64,000 bases of DNA, from positions 85,374,001-85,438,000 of the forward strand of contig NC_043000.1 in the NCBI RefSeq assembly GCF_006345805.1, read 5' to 3'. The translations under genes and the position numbers were made by a program. This document shows positions 28,701 through 41,063 of this stretch, in pieces. The DNA is from Octopus sinensis (taxonomy: Eukaryota). The first letter of the stretch is position 1. Every line of letters begins with the position of its first letter. Below the pieces are notes generated by a model. That model did no database searches. It saw only the letters and a program-made list of their open reading frames with translations, and had not been told where the DNA came from.

Positions 28701-30591
28701 AAAAGACGCAAATAGAGGTTTAATTAGTATTTAAAAAATACTGAGTCATACTAAAAAGAGGCTTAGTTCGTAGAAGTGCAAAAAAAGTGTCTTAGTTAAA
28801 AGACTGTCCAGTATGGTGTGTCGTTGTGTAAACCTAAGAAAACGTGGTGAGCATTTTTGGTAAGTGAAACACTGATAAATAGACAGATCATTCAATAAAG
28901 AGGATGGGTGTGTATGTGTATGAAATAAACCCTATTGTCACTGGTCCAATGAAGTGCTTTTCACTAGTATCTCCACGTAACACTAGAACGGTGCTTATGG
29001 TGTAGAACCAACCATTTAATATCCATCCATCCATCACTCTGGAGATCTGAGAAGGATAAAAACAAAATCTCGTAGATAATGGATAAAAGACACGTAAAAG
29101 TAAAATATCCAACCACATACATCATCTCCTGTGCATTCCAACGAAAGTCTAGCCTTAAATATATAATTATTAGTCATCAATGAACAAGGTTGCCTATCAG
29201 TAAATACAAAACTAAGAAACCTCGGTTATTTGCCAGTTAAAAACAAGATGAATTTACATAACATTTTACAAAAAAGAAAAGTTTTTTTTACAAGGTTTAC
29301 GAAAGTTAAGTTTAAAAACAGTAAAATGAGGATTAATAATTATGGATTATAACCAAATAGACCGGGTAAATGTCAAGTTTTACAAAGAAAGTATTTACAG
29401 ACATTGTTAGGGAGGGTGGTATTGTTTTAACATGTGACTATTTACATTAGGTGGAATTATTTGGCAAAATTATTTATTATTTGCAGTACAGATCTGTAAA
29501 CTGAACAAAACACAAGCGAATGCCATCAAATCGTATTAGTTTTCAAGGATATACATGATACTGTCTACTAAAAACAATGTACAGTGTTTGTTTATAGACA
29601 TTTAAGAATTAGGCAGTTCATGGTAAGTTGTCAGATATTTTCTTCTACGAAATTAAAGGGATTAATATATATATATATATATATATGACAAAACTGTGTC
29701 AATCACATTCCGTGTGTATTGAGGTAGAGAATACAAACAATGTGTGTGTGTGTACACACAGCCAACTGCGACCTAGTAGTCCGATGAACTATCTATCCTA
29801 CAGAGAACTGCACCTATCAAGTGTACAAATGTGTACATTACATTTTACTTTTTGTAACTAGGGGTGTGTGTTGGCGAGAGAATGTTTATCGGTGAGACTG
29901 CATGTGTATGGAAGGAAGAGTGCGTCAAAATAAAGAGGTGTCACTGTGTGGTAATATTGTCAGCATGTGGATTGCTGCAAGTGAAGAAGACTAAGGAATG
30001 GTAACATTCTACAAAAGTATTAAGAACCAATAAAATAAGCAGGACGAAAAAACGATATAAATAGTATGAATTGCTACGGCTAAAGAAATTTTAAACTTTT
30101 TCATATACATTTATTATACAATAAATTATGGTTTTTAAAAAATTAAACCGCGAATATAATGAATAAGAAATAAACAAATGGGGCAGCTGGTAGATTTACA
30201 AATGTTGAAGTTGAAGTAATAATAAAGTCAATGTCAAAAACACACATCCAAGTGTGACAGGCATTCGTCTGCATTTCCAATGTTAGTATCATAGAAGTTA
30301 AAGGTAAAACAAAAACAAAACTTAGGAATAAGAAAGAAATGAGAAATACAAAACTTAACAGTCATACATTGTTTATCGACTGTTCGATAAATTCACTATC
30401 TCCAATATCAGCACATACTTAAACATACAGATATAAATAGATATATATATACATTAGGATATATATATATATTTTGATTTTCGAGTAGTCGCACGAAGTT
30501 TGTGTGTTTTGTGATGAAGTACGAAATAAAGACAAAACAAAACAGAGCTGATACACGTTCAATTATGAGTGTACGCACGTGTTGGACCCAC

Positions 30592-30760
30592 CTTTTTATA
30601 ACAAATGTATGCGAATAAAGTACCAACAGCTTTCTTTCCCCCAAGCTCTTCTCGATTTAGTCATGATCTGCCATTTTGGAAGTGCGGCGGCAGATTCTGT
30701 TACTCCCAGCATGCACTCGGATGAAAGACAAGCCCAACTGAGCATGCGTCGATTCTTTCT
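30592..30760 (-). promoter_or_regulatory. candidate core promoter / first exon (NRF1-like and YY1-like motifs, splice donor)
   Basis: Minus strand: GACGCATGCTCAGT (NRF1-like), then CCAAAATGGCAG (YY1-like) downstream, then donor AAAAAG|GTGGGT (GT at 30591-30590). Locally CpG-rich. Confidence 0.4.
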
Positions 30761-32344
30761 AATTCTTCTTAACTCATTTCCTAAATTACCTGACAAGCTA
30801 TTTGTACGGTTATCAATATTGACCCAACTTAACCTTTCATCTACCTTTCTTTCTTACATAATTTCCTCTATCAGCTAGCTTCGGCATTTTTTTTTATTTT
30901 AAAGAAAGTAGCCTCCATTTTTTAATAATCTTTTCACTCAGATTCTTTTTTCCATTTAATCTTAAAATAACCTTTTGTGTAACCAAATCGCTATCAATAT
31001 TGTTAACGAGAAATCGATTTTAGAATTCTGTTGATGTTTTACATTGACTGTGAAAAAATAAAGTAAACCACCATGCTTTAGAAAAACGATGAGTTAGTTG
31101 ATCCGCTGTTTTAGATATTCCAAAGTTTTCTTCAAATTAGAAAATTGAATGGAGAAAAAGCAAAGCTGGAGTTGAAGTACCTAAGAATTTTAAAAAATAG
31201 TGTCATCAGATGGAGGTAGAATGGCTGTACAACTTGTTTCATAGAATGAAATTTCCTGAGCTGTCAGTTGTCAAATCACTTTAGCCACGGTTTGCAAAAA
31301 AATGCTTGAAGTAAATTATGTTTCTAAAAAAAATAAAGGTTAGTTGTAAGGCAATTGTATTTTTTCTTTATTTTCATACATTGTTTTGTCCATTATTGTC
31401 AGAGTTTCAACTTGCAGTTTCATAGTTTATTTAATTTGAAACCTGCTATCGAGTGACAAAAAGGCAAATTCAGATAAGAACATAACAAAATATCACTAGA
31501 TGTCTATGCATATGAATGAGAGGAGAGTTTGCTTCAAATTATGTCAAGTATTCATGCATGATTGCTGTTTTCCAGGTTATAACATAGCTTATTGTTAGTG
31601 TGCAAATCTTTTCCTAATAGTAGTGTTCATTGAAACAAAACCAAAGAAAGAGAAATCTTTAGTTTTCAAACCCTATAAAATAACTCAGTGGTTGAACATG
31701 TGAAAGTTGAGGTTTTAATATCTGAACCTTAAAATGAATAAATTAATGTCATCTGGAAACTAGCTACCTGTCTTTGCAGTTATTTAAGTTCCATTTTCTT
31801 CTGTATAATCTAAGAAAAGAAAATAATTATGTTTTACAGCTCTTCTAAGTCTAGGAATTGAGTTAACTGGGAGCACTAACCACTCCCATCATCATTATCA
31901 TAATATAACAGGCATTAAAGATGGAAGTAGATAGTACTATTAAATATTATGTTGCAACTCTTGGAACTAAACTTGGTTTGGGCATTTAGAATGAATTCTG
32001 GAAAATGAGTTTCAAATAAGAATGATCTTTGAAGATTAAAGCTGTTTAATAATTTGATCAGGAGAGAAAGGACTGTACTCAAAATTGATGTTAATATTCA
32101 TCTTGAACATCTACAGGCAAACATGGGTGAGGTAGAAAAGACCATGTCTGGGCTGTGTGCTTGCAACTGAGTGAACTCTACAGCCACCCAAGGATCAGGT
32201 GATGGACTTGGGCTGGATGTAAAGATTTGCAATAAATTGAATATCTAGACAAAATTTTAAATTTCCTATCACTTTATGCACTTTTTTAATTAGTTTGATC
32301 TGGAGGGAGAAGCTGTGCTCATACCTTTTGTAAATCCTCTGGGA

Positions 32345-32740
32345 CTGGTGAGATCAATACTGTTAAGTTTCCACTTGAACTGTGCAAGAAAATAGAGACC
32401 TAGAATTCCGGACAACTAATCTCTTGGGAAGGAAAGATTGAACATAATGTTTAGTGTGGGGTTGGATAGGAATACAAGGAAGTGCAGGTGATATGGATGA
32501 GTGGAAGTGATGTGGGACCTGCCAGCTATGAGGTGCAAAGTCCATTGTAGTGAGTGATTCCATACCAATCAATAAACTAGCTTTCTTTGCTTGTGATCTA
32601 GGATGGCTATACATATAGCAGCATACATCCTAGATGTGAGAGTCATCATAATACTCCATTGCGAGTCTAGAAAATCTTTGCATATAGCAGCAGCACTGTT
32701 CTTGATATGAAAACAATGCCTTCATTGTGGGCCTCACCTG
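32345..32740 (-). mobile_element. degenerate CR1/L2-group LINE 3' end
   Basis: Minus-strand frames give MEY...SHI*D, HTKHYVQSFLP, FKWKLNSIDL, resembling the MEYCSHIW / SFFPRT..LWNSLP / FK..IN.IDL C-terminus. Confidence 0.55.
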
Positions 32741-35220
32741 AGTTTTGTAAGAAATTAGTTGTTATTGGATCTGAAGTAGTTTTGCTGCATGTAAATCAGG
32801 TAAATGAATACATTTTAAAAGAAAATACTTAGGATAGATAACTGGAATTATATAGAATTAATTATGTAGAATTAGTCATTGCTCTTTATTTTATTGGTAG
32901 CTGCACTTAAATTAGTGTTAATGCTAAAAATGAAATCAATATAATAAAATAAAAACCATATAAATGAAGTTAGTGCCATCATATGATTGATGGGTGAGGA
33001 ATCAAATTAATACTTATGTGATGAGGAAAAGAAAACGTTAGTTAAATGACAAATATTTTAATTACTACTTAATTTGGTGGGGTTATTGGTGAATTGGAAG
33101 AGTTGTTAGAATGCTGAATAAAATGCTCTGAGTTCAAATCCTGCTGAGATCAATTTTGTCAGGGTAATGGATTGGCAGAACTGTTAGATGGTTGGAAAGG
33201 ATGTTTTGTTGTATTTATTCCAGCTCTGTATATTCTGAGTTAAGATCCCACCTCATCAACAAAAAATTGTGATACTTCTGTCAGGAATTGTGACTAACAC
33301 ATAAAATCAACAATTTGAAAAATCAAAGTGAGCATCATAATTTCCTTGGTTCAGTTGGAAGGTTGACTGGCACCACCACCAGGATGCATATGAGTTGGAT
33401 GGTCTTCAGCCAGTACATCTATCCAGGACCCATAAATCCAAGAAAAGAAAACTTGAATTTCAGATGGATGAAGGTCCCACTCTCTTCCAAGGTGGAGCCT
33501 GGAAAAAACCCTCCTTCCACCTAGCAGAATTTCTCTTGCAGGCCTTAGCCACTACTACCACCACCACCACCAACACTAATATAACCTTTTTTTTTTGTTC
33601 ATCTGGTGTCTCTGAAAAATTCCTCTCAATCATTTAATTTTAGATGCCTACAGCAATATAGCAATTTTCTTATCAATAACTTAGCAAGTACAAAGGTGAT
33701 CCTTCACTAACGAGAACCTGTAAGCTTGAAACATGTCTGAAGTTGAGCTGTCACTTGTAATTTGCCACAATCAGATTAAAATAACATTAATCGTTGAACT
33801 AAATTTCTCTTCTCGTTACCATATAAGAATTATCAATTAATCATATTGTTTTTTTCCCCACTCAGTGCATCAAGTATAATGTCCCTATTTCAATTGTATT
33901 TTTCATATGAATAACCACTACATAATCTATCTCCAGTTAATATGGAAAAGATACAACAAATATGAGGCTTTTCAAGGCCTCAAATATTGAATTAGTTATT
34001 ATTCAATATTAAATTATTCGATATATAACTGAAATATAAAACTATGATTCGTGGATTTGGAAATAAAATATTTCCCTTGACTGCAATTGGTCATGCCAGC
34101 ACAGTGCAAAACTTATCGCAAATTGACACTAAAATCTAAACCTGGTTACACAAGTGACCTAGATCATCTTATTTTATTAATAATGACTTCTAACTCAAAT
34201 ATAAGGAGCGAGGGAACGGATTGTCTCGATTTCAGCATTTGTTACTTAATATTTATTTTATTGAAACCCAGAGGATGAAAGGTAAAATATATCTTGGTGG
34301 GATTTTAACTCAGAATGTATAATAATAATAATAACAATAATAATAATCCTTTCTACTATAGACACAAGACCCCTGAAATTTTGGGAAAGTGGGTGAGTTA
34401 GTTACATCAACCCAAGAGCTTGACTGGTAATTATTTTATCGACTCCCCAAAAGATGAAAGGTGAAGTTGACTCTGGTGGAATTTCAACTCAGAATGTATA
34501 GCCTGACGAAATGCTGGGGTTTCAATAATTCATCACTGGAAACATGGGTGGTGTGTTCATCACCCTTAAACAACCCTTATTCAGGGATCTTTTGAGTGGA
34601 ATGGGCTACTCAACCTGAAGAAAATTCTGATCCTCACCTGCAAGGTCATGTACTGTTTATCTTGATATGAGGTCACCATATAATGTACGTGTTGTGATGC
34701 ATTGTACCCTTAGACAGGTAGTCACGATGGGTATATTGGGCTTCGTATATTTTATTCCAGTGTCACTTTGATGGTTTGTGCCACTCTTACTAATAATAAT
34801 TGATTCAAATTTTGGTATAAGGCTAGCAATTTTGAGGGAGGAGGTTAGTTGAGTACATCAATCCCAGTAAGTAACTGGTACTTCTTTAATCAACCTTGTA
34901 AGGAATGAAAGGCAAAGTTGACCTCGGTGGGATTTGAGCTCAAGAATACTGCTGAGCATTTTTTCTGACACTCTCACAATTCTGCCAGCTCGCTATCTTA
35001 ATAATAATAATAAAATCAATGAGCAAAGAAATCAATCAACTGAGTGACCTAATTCTGTAAGCGTTCAGCCATTTGAATATTGAAAACAACATAACTGCAT
35101 ATAAATATTAGTGTGCCGTGTAAAAATTAGTAGTCTCTCAGATTGTAAGCTGATTTAAAAAGCTAACATATGAAATGCTGAAATGCTTTTCTCTGTAATG
35201 TATTTACATATATATATATA

Positions 35221-38061
35221 TCATCATCATCATCATCATCATTTAGCGTCCGTTTTCCATGCTAGCATGGGTTGGACGGTTCAGCTGGGGTCTGTGAAGC
35301 CGGAAGGCTTCATCAGGCCCAGTCAGATCTGGCAGTGTTTCTACAGCTGGATGCCCTTCCTAACGCCAACCACTCCATGAGTGTAGTGGGTGCTTTTTAC
35401 GTGCCACCCACACAGGTGCCAGACAGAGCTGGCAAACGGCCACGAGCGGATGGTGATTTTACGTGCCACCGGCACGGGGGCCAGGCGAGGCTGGCAACGG
35501 ACACGAACGGATGGTGCTTTTATGTGCCACCGGCACAGGGGCCAGGCGAGGCTGGCAATGGACACGAACGGATGGTGCTTTTTACGTGCCACCGGCATGA
35601 GGCCAGTCGGGGTGGCGCTGGCAGCGGTCACAAACGGATGGTTCTCTTACGTGCCACCGGCACTGGTAACTCAGCTGCAATTTCTATTGATCGATTTCGA
35701 TTCTGATCCTCACTTGCCTCAACAGGTCTTCACAAGTAGAGTTTTGTGTCCCAAGAAGGGAAGGTATGCATACGTAGGCTGGCTCCATACCATGTAGAAG
35801 GCCACGGGTTATGGTCTCACTTGTCCTGCCGGGTCTTCTTGCGCACAGCATACTTCCAGAGGTCTCGGTCTCTAGTCATTTCCTCAGTGAGACCTAAAGT
35901 TTGAAGGTCGTGCTTCACCACCTCGTCCCAGGTTTTCCTGGGTCTGCCTCTTCCACAGGTTCCCTCAACTGCTAGGGTGTGGCACTTTTTCACACAACTA
36001 TCTTCATCCATTCTCGCTACATGCCCATACCAGCGCAAACATCTTTCTTGCACACCACAACTGATGCTTCTTAGGTCCAGCTTTTCTCTCAAGGTACTTA
36101 CACTCTGTCAAGTATGAGTACTGACATTACATATCCATCGGAGCATACTGGCTTCATTTCTTGCGAGCTTACACATATCCTCAGCAGTCACGGCCCATGT
36201 TTCACTGCCATGTAGCATGGCTGTTCATACACACGCATCATACAGTCTGCCTTTTACTCTGTGCAAGAGGCCTTTTGTCACCAGTAGAGGTAAGAGCTCT
36301 CTGAACTTTGCCCAAGCTATTCTTACTCTAGCAGTTACACTTTCAGCACACCCGCCACCGCTGCTGACTTGGTCACCTAGGTAACGGAAGCTATCAACTA
36401 TTTCTAGTTTTCCTCCCTGGAAAGTGACGGAAGTTGGTCTCAAAGCATTTTCAGTGTTTATTGTTCCTGAGCATCTGCCACATACAAAAACTATCTTCCT
36501 AGTTAGCCTTCCTTTGACATTGCTGCACCTCTTACGTGTCCATAGCTTACACTTGGTGCATCTTATAGAGTTTCTACCTACACCTTTTCTACAGATCGAG
36601 CAGGGCCATCTACCTGAAGGCGTTTGTGATTTGTCTACCTTCCTACTGATTACAACTTTGGTTTTAGCTAGATTGACTCTAAGGCCCTTCGATTCTAATC
36701 CTTGTTTCCACACCTGAAACTTCTCCCCCAGTTCTGATAGTGACTCAGCAATTAGAGCAAGGTCATCAGCAAAGAGGAGCTCCCAGGGGCATCCTGTCTT
36801 GAATTCCTCCGTTATTGCCTGGAGGACTATGATAAATAGGAGGGGGCTGAGGACTGAGCCTTGGTGGACCCCTACCTCTACCCGGAATTCTTCACTGTAC
36901 TCGTTGCCAACCCTCACCTTACTAGCAGCGTCCCTGTACATGGCTCGCACAGCTCTCACTAACCATTCATCTATCCCTAGTTTCCACATTGACCACCAGA
37001 TAAGGGATCGGGGGACCCTGTCGAAGGCTTTCTCCATGTCAACAAAAGCCAGGTACAGGGGCTTATCTTTGGCTAGGTATTTCTCCTGCAGCTGCCTTAC
37101 CAGGAATATAGCATCAGTGGTACTTTTCCCTGGCACGAACCCAAACTGCATCTCATCTAAACTAACTCTCTCTCTAATTAGTTGGGCTATGACCCTCTCC
37201 GTAACCTTCATCACCTGATCCAACAGCTTGATACCTCTGTAATTATTTGTATCTCGGGCGTCACCTTTACCTTTGTAGCAGTTGACTATTATGCTGCTAC
37301 ACCAGTCATTGGGTATGACTCCTTTGTGTATCACCTGATTAACTATACGGGTGACTAGGCTATAGCCAACACTACCAGACATTTTGAGCATCTCTGCAGT
37401 GATTCCTGATGGGCCTGGGGCTTTCCCTGTCTTCATGCTTCTAATTGCCTTAACTACCAAGGAACTATCAACTCGGATAGCTGGTCCCTCTGTTGGGTCA
37501 ACATTCGGCAGACTCTCTTTATCCCATTCATTTTCTTTATTCAGCAACCTTTCATAGTGGCGTCTCCAAACCTCTCTCTTTGCATCCTCATTTAGCACAA
37601 GTGAACCATCTTCCATGCGAACACACTTCTCTCCTACCATATCACGATTCTCTCTCACACACTGTCTTGCAACGCAAAACACCTCCAGTCTTTGGTCCTC
37701 ACGGCGCAGAACATTGGCAAATTTTTTCTTATCTGCTTCCCCTCTGGCTAAATAAACCTGTCTCCTAGCTTCTCTTTTGGCAGTCTGATACAATTCCCTG
37801 CTACCCCCATTTTTCCAGTCCTTCCAAGCCTGTCTCTTTTCTCTAATAGCCCTGTCTACAACATTGTTCCACCACCACGTTATTCTAGGTCGAGAGGGGA
37901 CTTTGCACCAGCCACAGATCTGGTCAGTGGATCTCAGCAGGTTGTCCCTTAGAAACGTCCAGTTGTCTTCTACCCCCTGTGATGCTCTATCCCCTTCTAC
38001 TTCGTCAAAGGCTTCAAGTAATATGTCCCTAAATCTCTGTTCAATTGCAGGATCTTTGGAC
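35221..38061 (-). mobile_element. RTE-clade LINE, 5'-truncated (~2.8 kb), RT nearly intact
   Basis: ORF 36225-38063 with RT motifs YRGIKLL, QFGF.PG.STTDAIF, FVDMEKAFDRV, GVHQGSVLSPLLF, LLFADDL, FRYLG. Continuation to QDK* at 35817 is broken by two TGA stops. 3'UTR tandem repeats and an (ATG)n tail follow. Confidence 0.95.
35401..35665 (-). repeat. 61-65-bp GC-rich tandem repeat in the RTE 3'UTR (5 GTGCC-NNN-GGCAC-type motifs)
   Basis: Motif starts at 35401, 35463, 35524, 35586 and 35651. Confidence 0.9.
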
Positions 38062-38136
38062 ATATATATATATATGTATGTATGTATTATATCTATCTAT
38101 ATATATATATATATATATGTATTATATATATTTATA

Positions 38137-38704
38137 AGGACAAGTGAGGCCATAACCCGTGGGCCCTACCTGGGACGTAGTCAGTCCACCTGTGCATACC
38201 TTCCTTCTTGGGACACATAACTCTACTTGTGAAGACCTGTTGAGGCAAGTGAAAATCAAAATCAAAATCAAAGTATCAAATCGAAATCGATCCACATCAT
38301 TGGAATTTGTAGTTTGTGGTACCAGTGCCAGTGGCACATAAGAGAACCATCCGAACGTAGCCATAGCCAGCACTGCATCGATTGGGCCCCGTGCTGGTGG
38401 CACGTAACAAACACCATCCGATCGTGGCCGTGCCAGCCCTGCCTGGCCTCCGTGCCGGTGGCACGTAAAAAACACCATCCGAGTGTGGCCATTCGCCAGC
38501 CTCATCTGGCACCTGTGTCGGTGGCACATAAAAAGCACCCACTACACTCACGGAGTGGTTGGCGTTAGGAAGGGCATCCAGCTGTAGAAACACCGCCAGA
38601 TATGACTGGCCTGGTACAGCCTTCGGGCTTCCCAGACCCCAGTTAAACCATCCAACCCATGCTAGCATGGAAAGCGGATGTTAAACGATGATGATGATGA
38701 TGAT
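38137..38704 (+). mobile_element. RTE LINE 3' fragment (3'UTR only), inverted relative to 35221-38061
   Basis: Begins at GGACAAGTGAG (ORF stop), carries the ~62-bp repeats and ends GCATGGAAAGCGGATGTTAAAC(GAT)n. Confidence 0.92.
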
Positions 38705-38711
38705 CTATCTA

Positions 38712-38759
<48 letters not shown>

Positions 38760-38778
38760 TACACACACACACACACAT

Positions 38779-38815
<37 letters not shown>

Positions 38816-39233
38816 GCAGTAATTAAAAGGGCAGGCAACAGGTTGCTCCGCCGCATACCGAAAGAATTCGAAATGGCAGTCAGAGACTGTTTAATTCCAT
38901 TTTCTACAAGTGGAGGCTCCATATACGATACAACCCTGCGATTCACGTACGCGAAATCGGAGTAGTAACTAAACGAAAACAATCTCTTACCGTTAATGGT
39001 GAACATGTTTCTTGATCGTAGGCTAGAAATTGCCTAAATTCTTTTGTCAGCACCATATTCGATAGATTTATCAAATGCCACCAGCCTCCACCTCTGACGA
39101 GGCGTCATCAGATAGTGGGGGGAAGTGTGCATAAGTTAAAACTAAGTAAACGACTGGGACCGTAAATTTTCCCTCTAAAATTCTGCTATGCGCGCCACCA
39201 GGATAATCGCAATGGAGTAAGAAATCCAATTGG

Positions 39234-39928
39234 TAATATAAAAAGGGTAAATAATTTTTTCGTGGTTTTTTAGACAACCAACAATTATTTACCGGTAAAT
39301 GAGATGGCCCTTTAGAAGTTACACAAGTGTTTTCTAATTCAGGGAAGAGAAGTGGAAACTTTGTGATTTTTTTAAAGAAATTCAAATGATATATGCATTA
39401 CCAATTTGAGCTCAAGTGGTTTCAGGTTCAGTCTCATGGTGCTACACCTTGGACAAGCACCTTCTAATCCTCAAGTTGATTAATGCTTTGTAAGTGAATT
39501 TAGTAGACTGAAGCTGTGTAGAATCTCGTTACCATTATCTTCAAACAGGTAAAGTCATATTTACCGAAATTTACCGGTAAATAATTGTTGGTTGTCTAAA
39601 AAACTACGAAAAAATTATTTACCCTTTTTATATTATATATATATATATACATATATTAAAAGTCAGGGTACAATATGCACCTGTTTGAAGATAATGGTAA
39701 CGAGATTCTACACAGCTTCTGTCTACTAAATTCACTTACAAAGCATTAATCAACTTGAGGATTAGAAGGTGCTTGTCCAAGGTGTAGCACCATGAGACTG
39801 AACCTGAAACCACTTGAGCTCAAATTGGTAATGCATATATCATTTGAATTTCTTTAAAAAAATCACAAAGTTTCCACTTCTCTTCCCTGAATTAGAAAAC
39901 ACTTGTGTAACTTCTAAAGGGCCATCTC
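39234..39928. repeat. interleaved inverted duplication X-Y-X'-Y'
   Basis: X 39234-39300 vs X' 39569-39635 (67 bp, 1 mismatch); Y 39301-39550 vs Y' 39679-39928 (250 bp, 1 mismatch seen). Confidence 0.93.
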
Positions 39929-40860
39929 ATCATTTTTGCTTTTGTTTGTTTTGTTTTTCTTTACTGATTTGATGAATCTCAGATTATATTATCTAATGTG
40001 TCTTTCCTTCTTTAAAATGGTAGAGTTTGATTTAAAGAAGATTTGGCTGCTATTTTCTAGCAGGTTGAGCAATCACATGACGGAATCTTTGTTGGCTGTT
40101 ATATTTTCATGAAGGTAAGAGTTGTGACAATTGTACCCTCCATAGTTAGGGATTGCTCTTTGGTAATCCATAGCAGCTGTTCAACCACCCTGCCTGAGAT
40201 ACAGTGAAGAGATGGGACTGCAGCATGGAGGATTTTTAAGAGGTCAGCTGAGCCAATGGTACTTCTTATATTGATTCTGAGTGGAGGAATCCTAGAAGGT
40301 CCACAGTCAGGATCACCGAACTCTATAAAGAAAGTAACAGCAACACATCCATAGGGATGGTGTCCATGGCTGTGTAATCAGTTAACGAAAGATTCATTGC
40401 AACTCAAGCTACAAATTCAAATAGAATTGGGTGGTGACAGAGAATCACGGGAATCTGTACTACCAGCACAACTGAATAATAATAAGGGTAGCAAGGCAGC
40501 CAGCTGGCAAAATGCTTAGTGGCATTTTGTTAGTCTTCACTTTCTGAATCAAAATTCTGCTGATGTTGACTATCTTTTATCCTTTTGGGGTCAATAAAAT
40601 AAGTACCAGTTGAACACTGGGGTTGGAACTTGCTGACCTTGTGCCAAAATTTGAAACCAATAATAAGGGTAGCATCAATGAGGCAGCACAAAAAAATGCT
40701 TTCAATATATTTTGCTATGTCCCTTTGCACTGTGTGTTCAAATCCTGCCAAGTTTGAAAAAAAATAAGCAGCACCAATAATAATTGTATAGAACACATCC
40801 CTCTCTCTTTCTCTTTCCCTTTTCCTTCTGCACCCACACGTGCATGCAGACAGATATATA

Positions 40861-41063
40861 CAGCGAGCTGGCAGAAATGTTAGCATGCCGGGCAAAATGC
40901 TTAGCAGTATTTCGTCTGTCTTTACGTTCTGAGGTCGACTTTTGCCTTTCATCCTTTCGGGGTCAATAAATTAAGTACCAGTTATGCACTGGGGTTGATG
41001 TAATCGACTTAATCCCTTTGTCTGTCCTTGTTTGTCCCCTCCTTGTGGGCTATAAAGAAATAA
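40861..41063 (+). mobile_element. second tRNA-derived SINE family (central CCTTTCATCCTTTCGGGGTC.ATAAA..AAGTACCAG domain, Deu/Nin-like)
   Basis: GCGAGCTGGCAGAA head; B-box region deleted between two GAG. Related copies at ~40492-40665 (+), 34321-34516 (-), 34791-35000 (-), 43900-44138 (-), 33095-33290 (+) and 12720-12875. Confidence 0.7.

Noticed and set aside
35272-35797. 100-144-aa ORFs and their regularly spaced repeats as a possible CRISPR-like array or repeat protein
   Set aside because: Whole units are repeated with no unique spacers. They lie in the RTE 3'UTR and recur in the other two copies.
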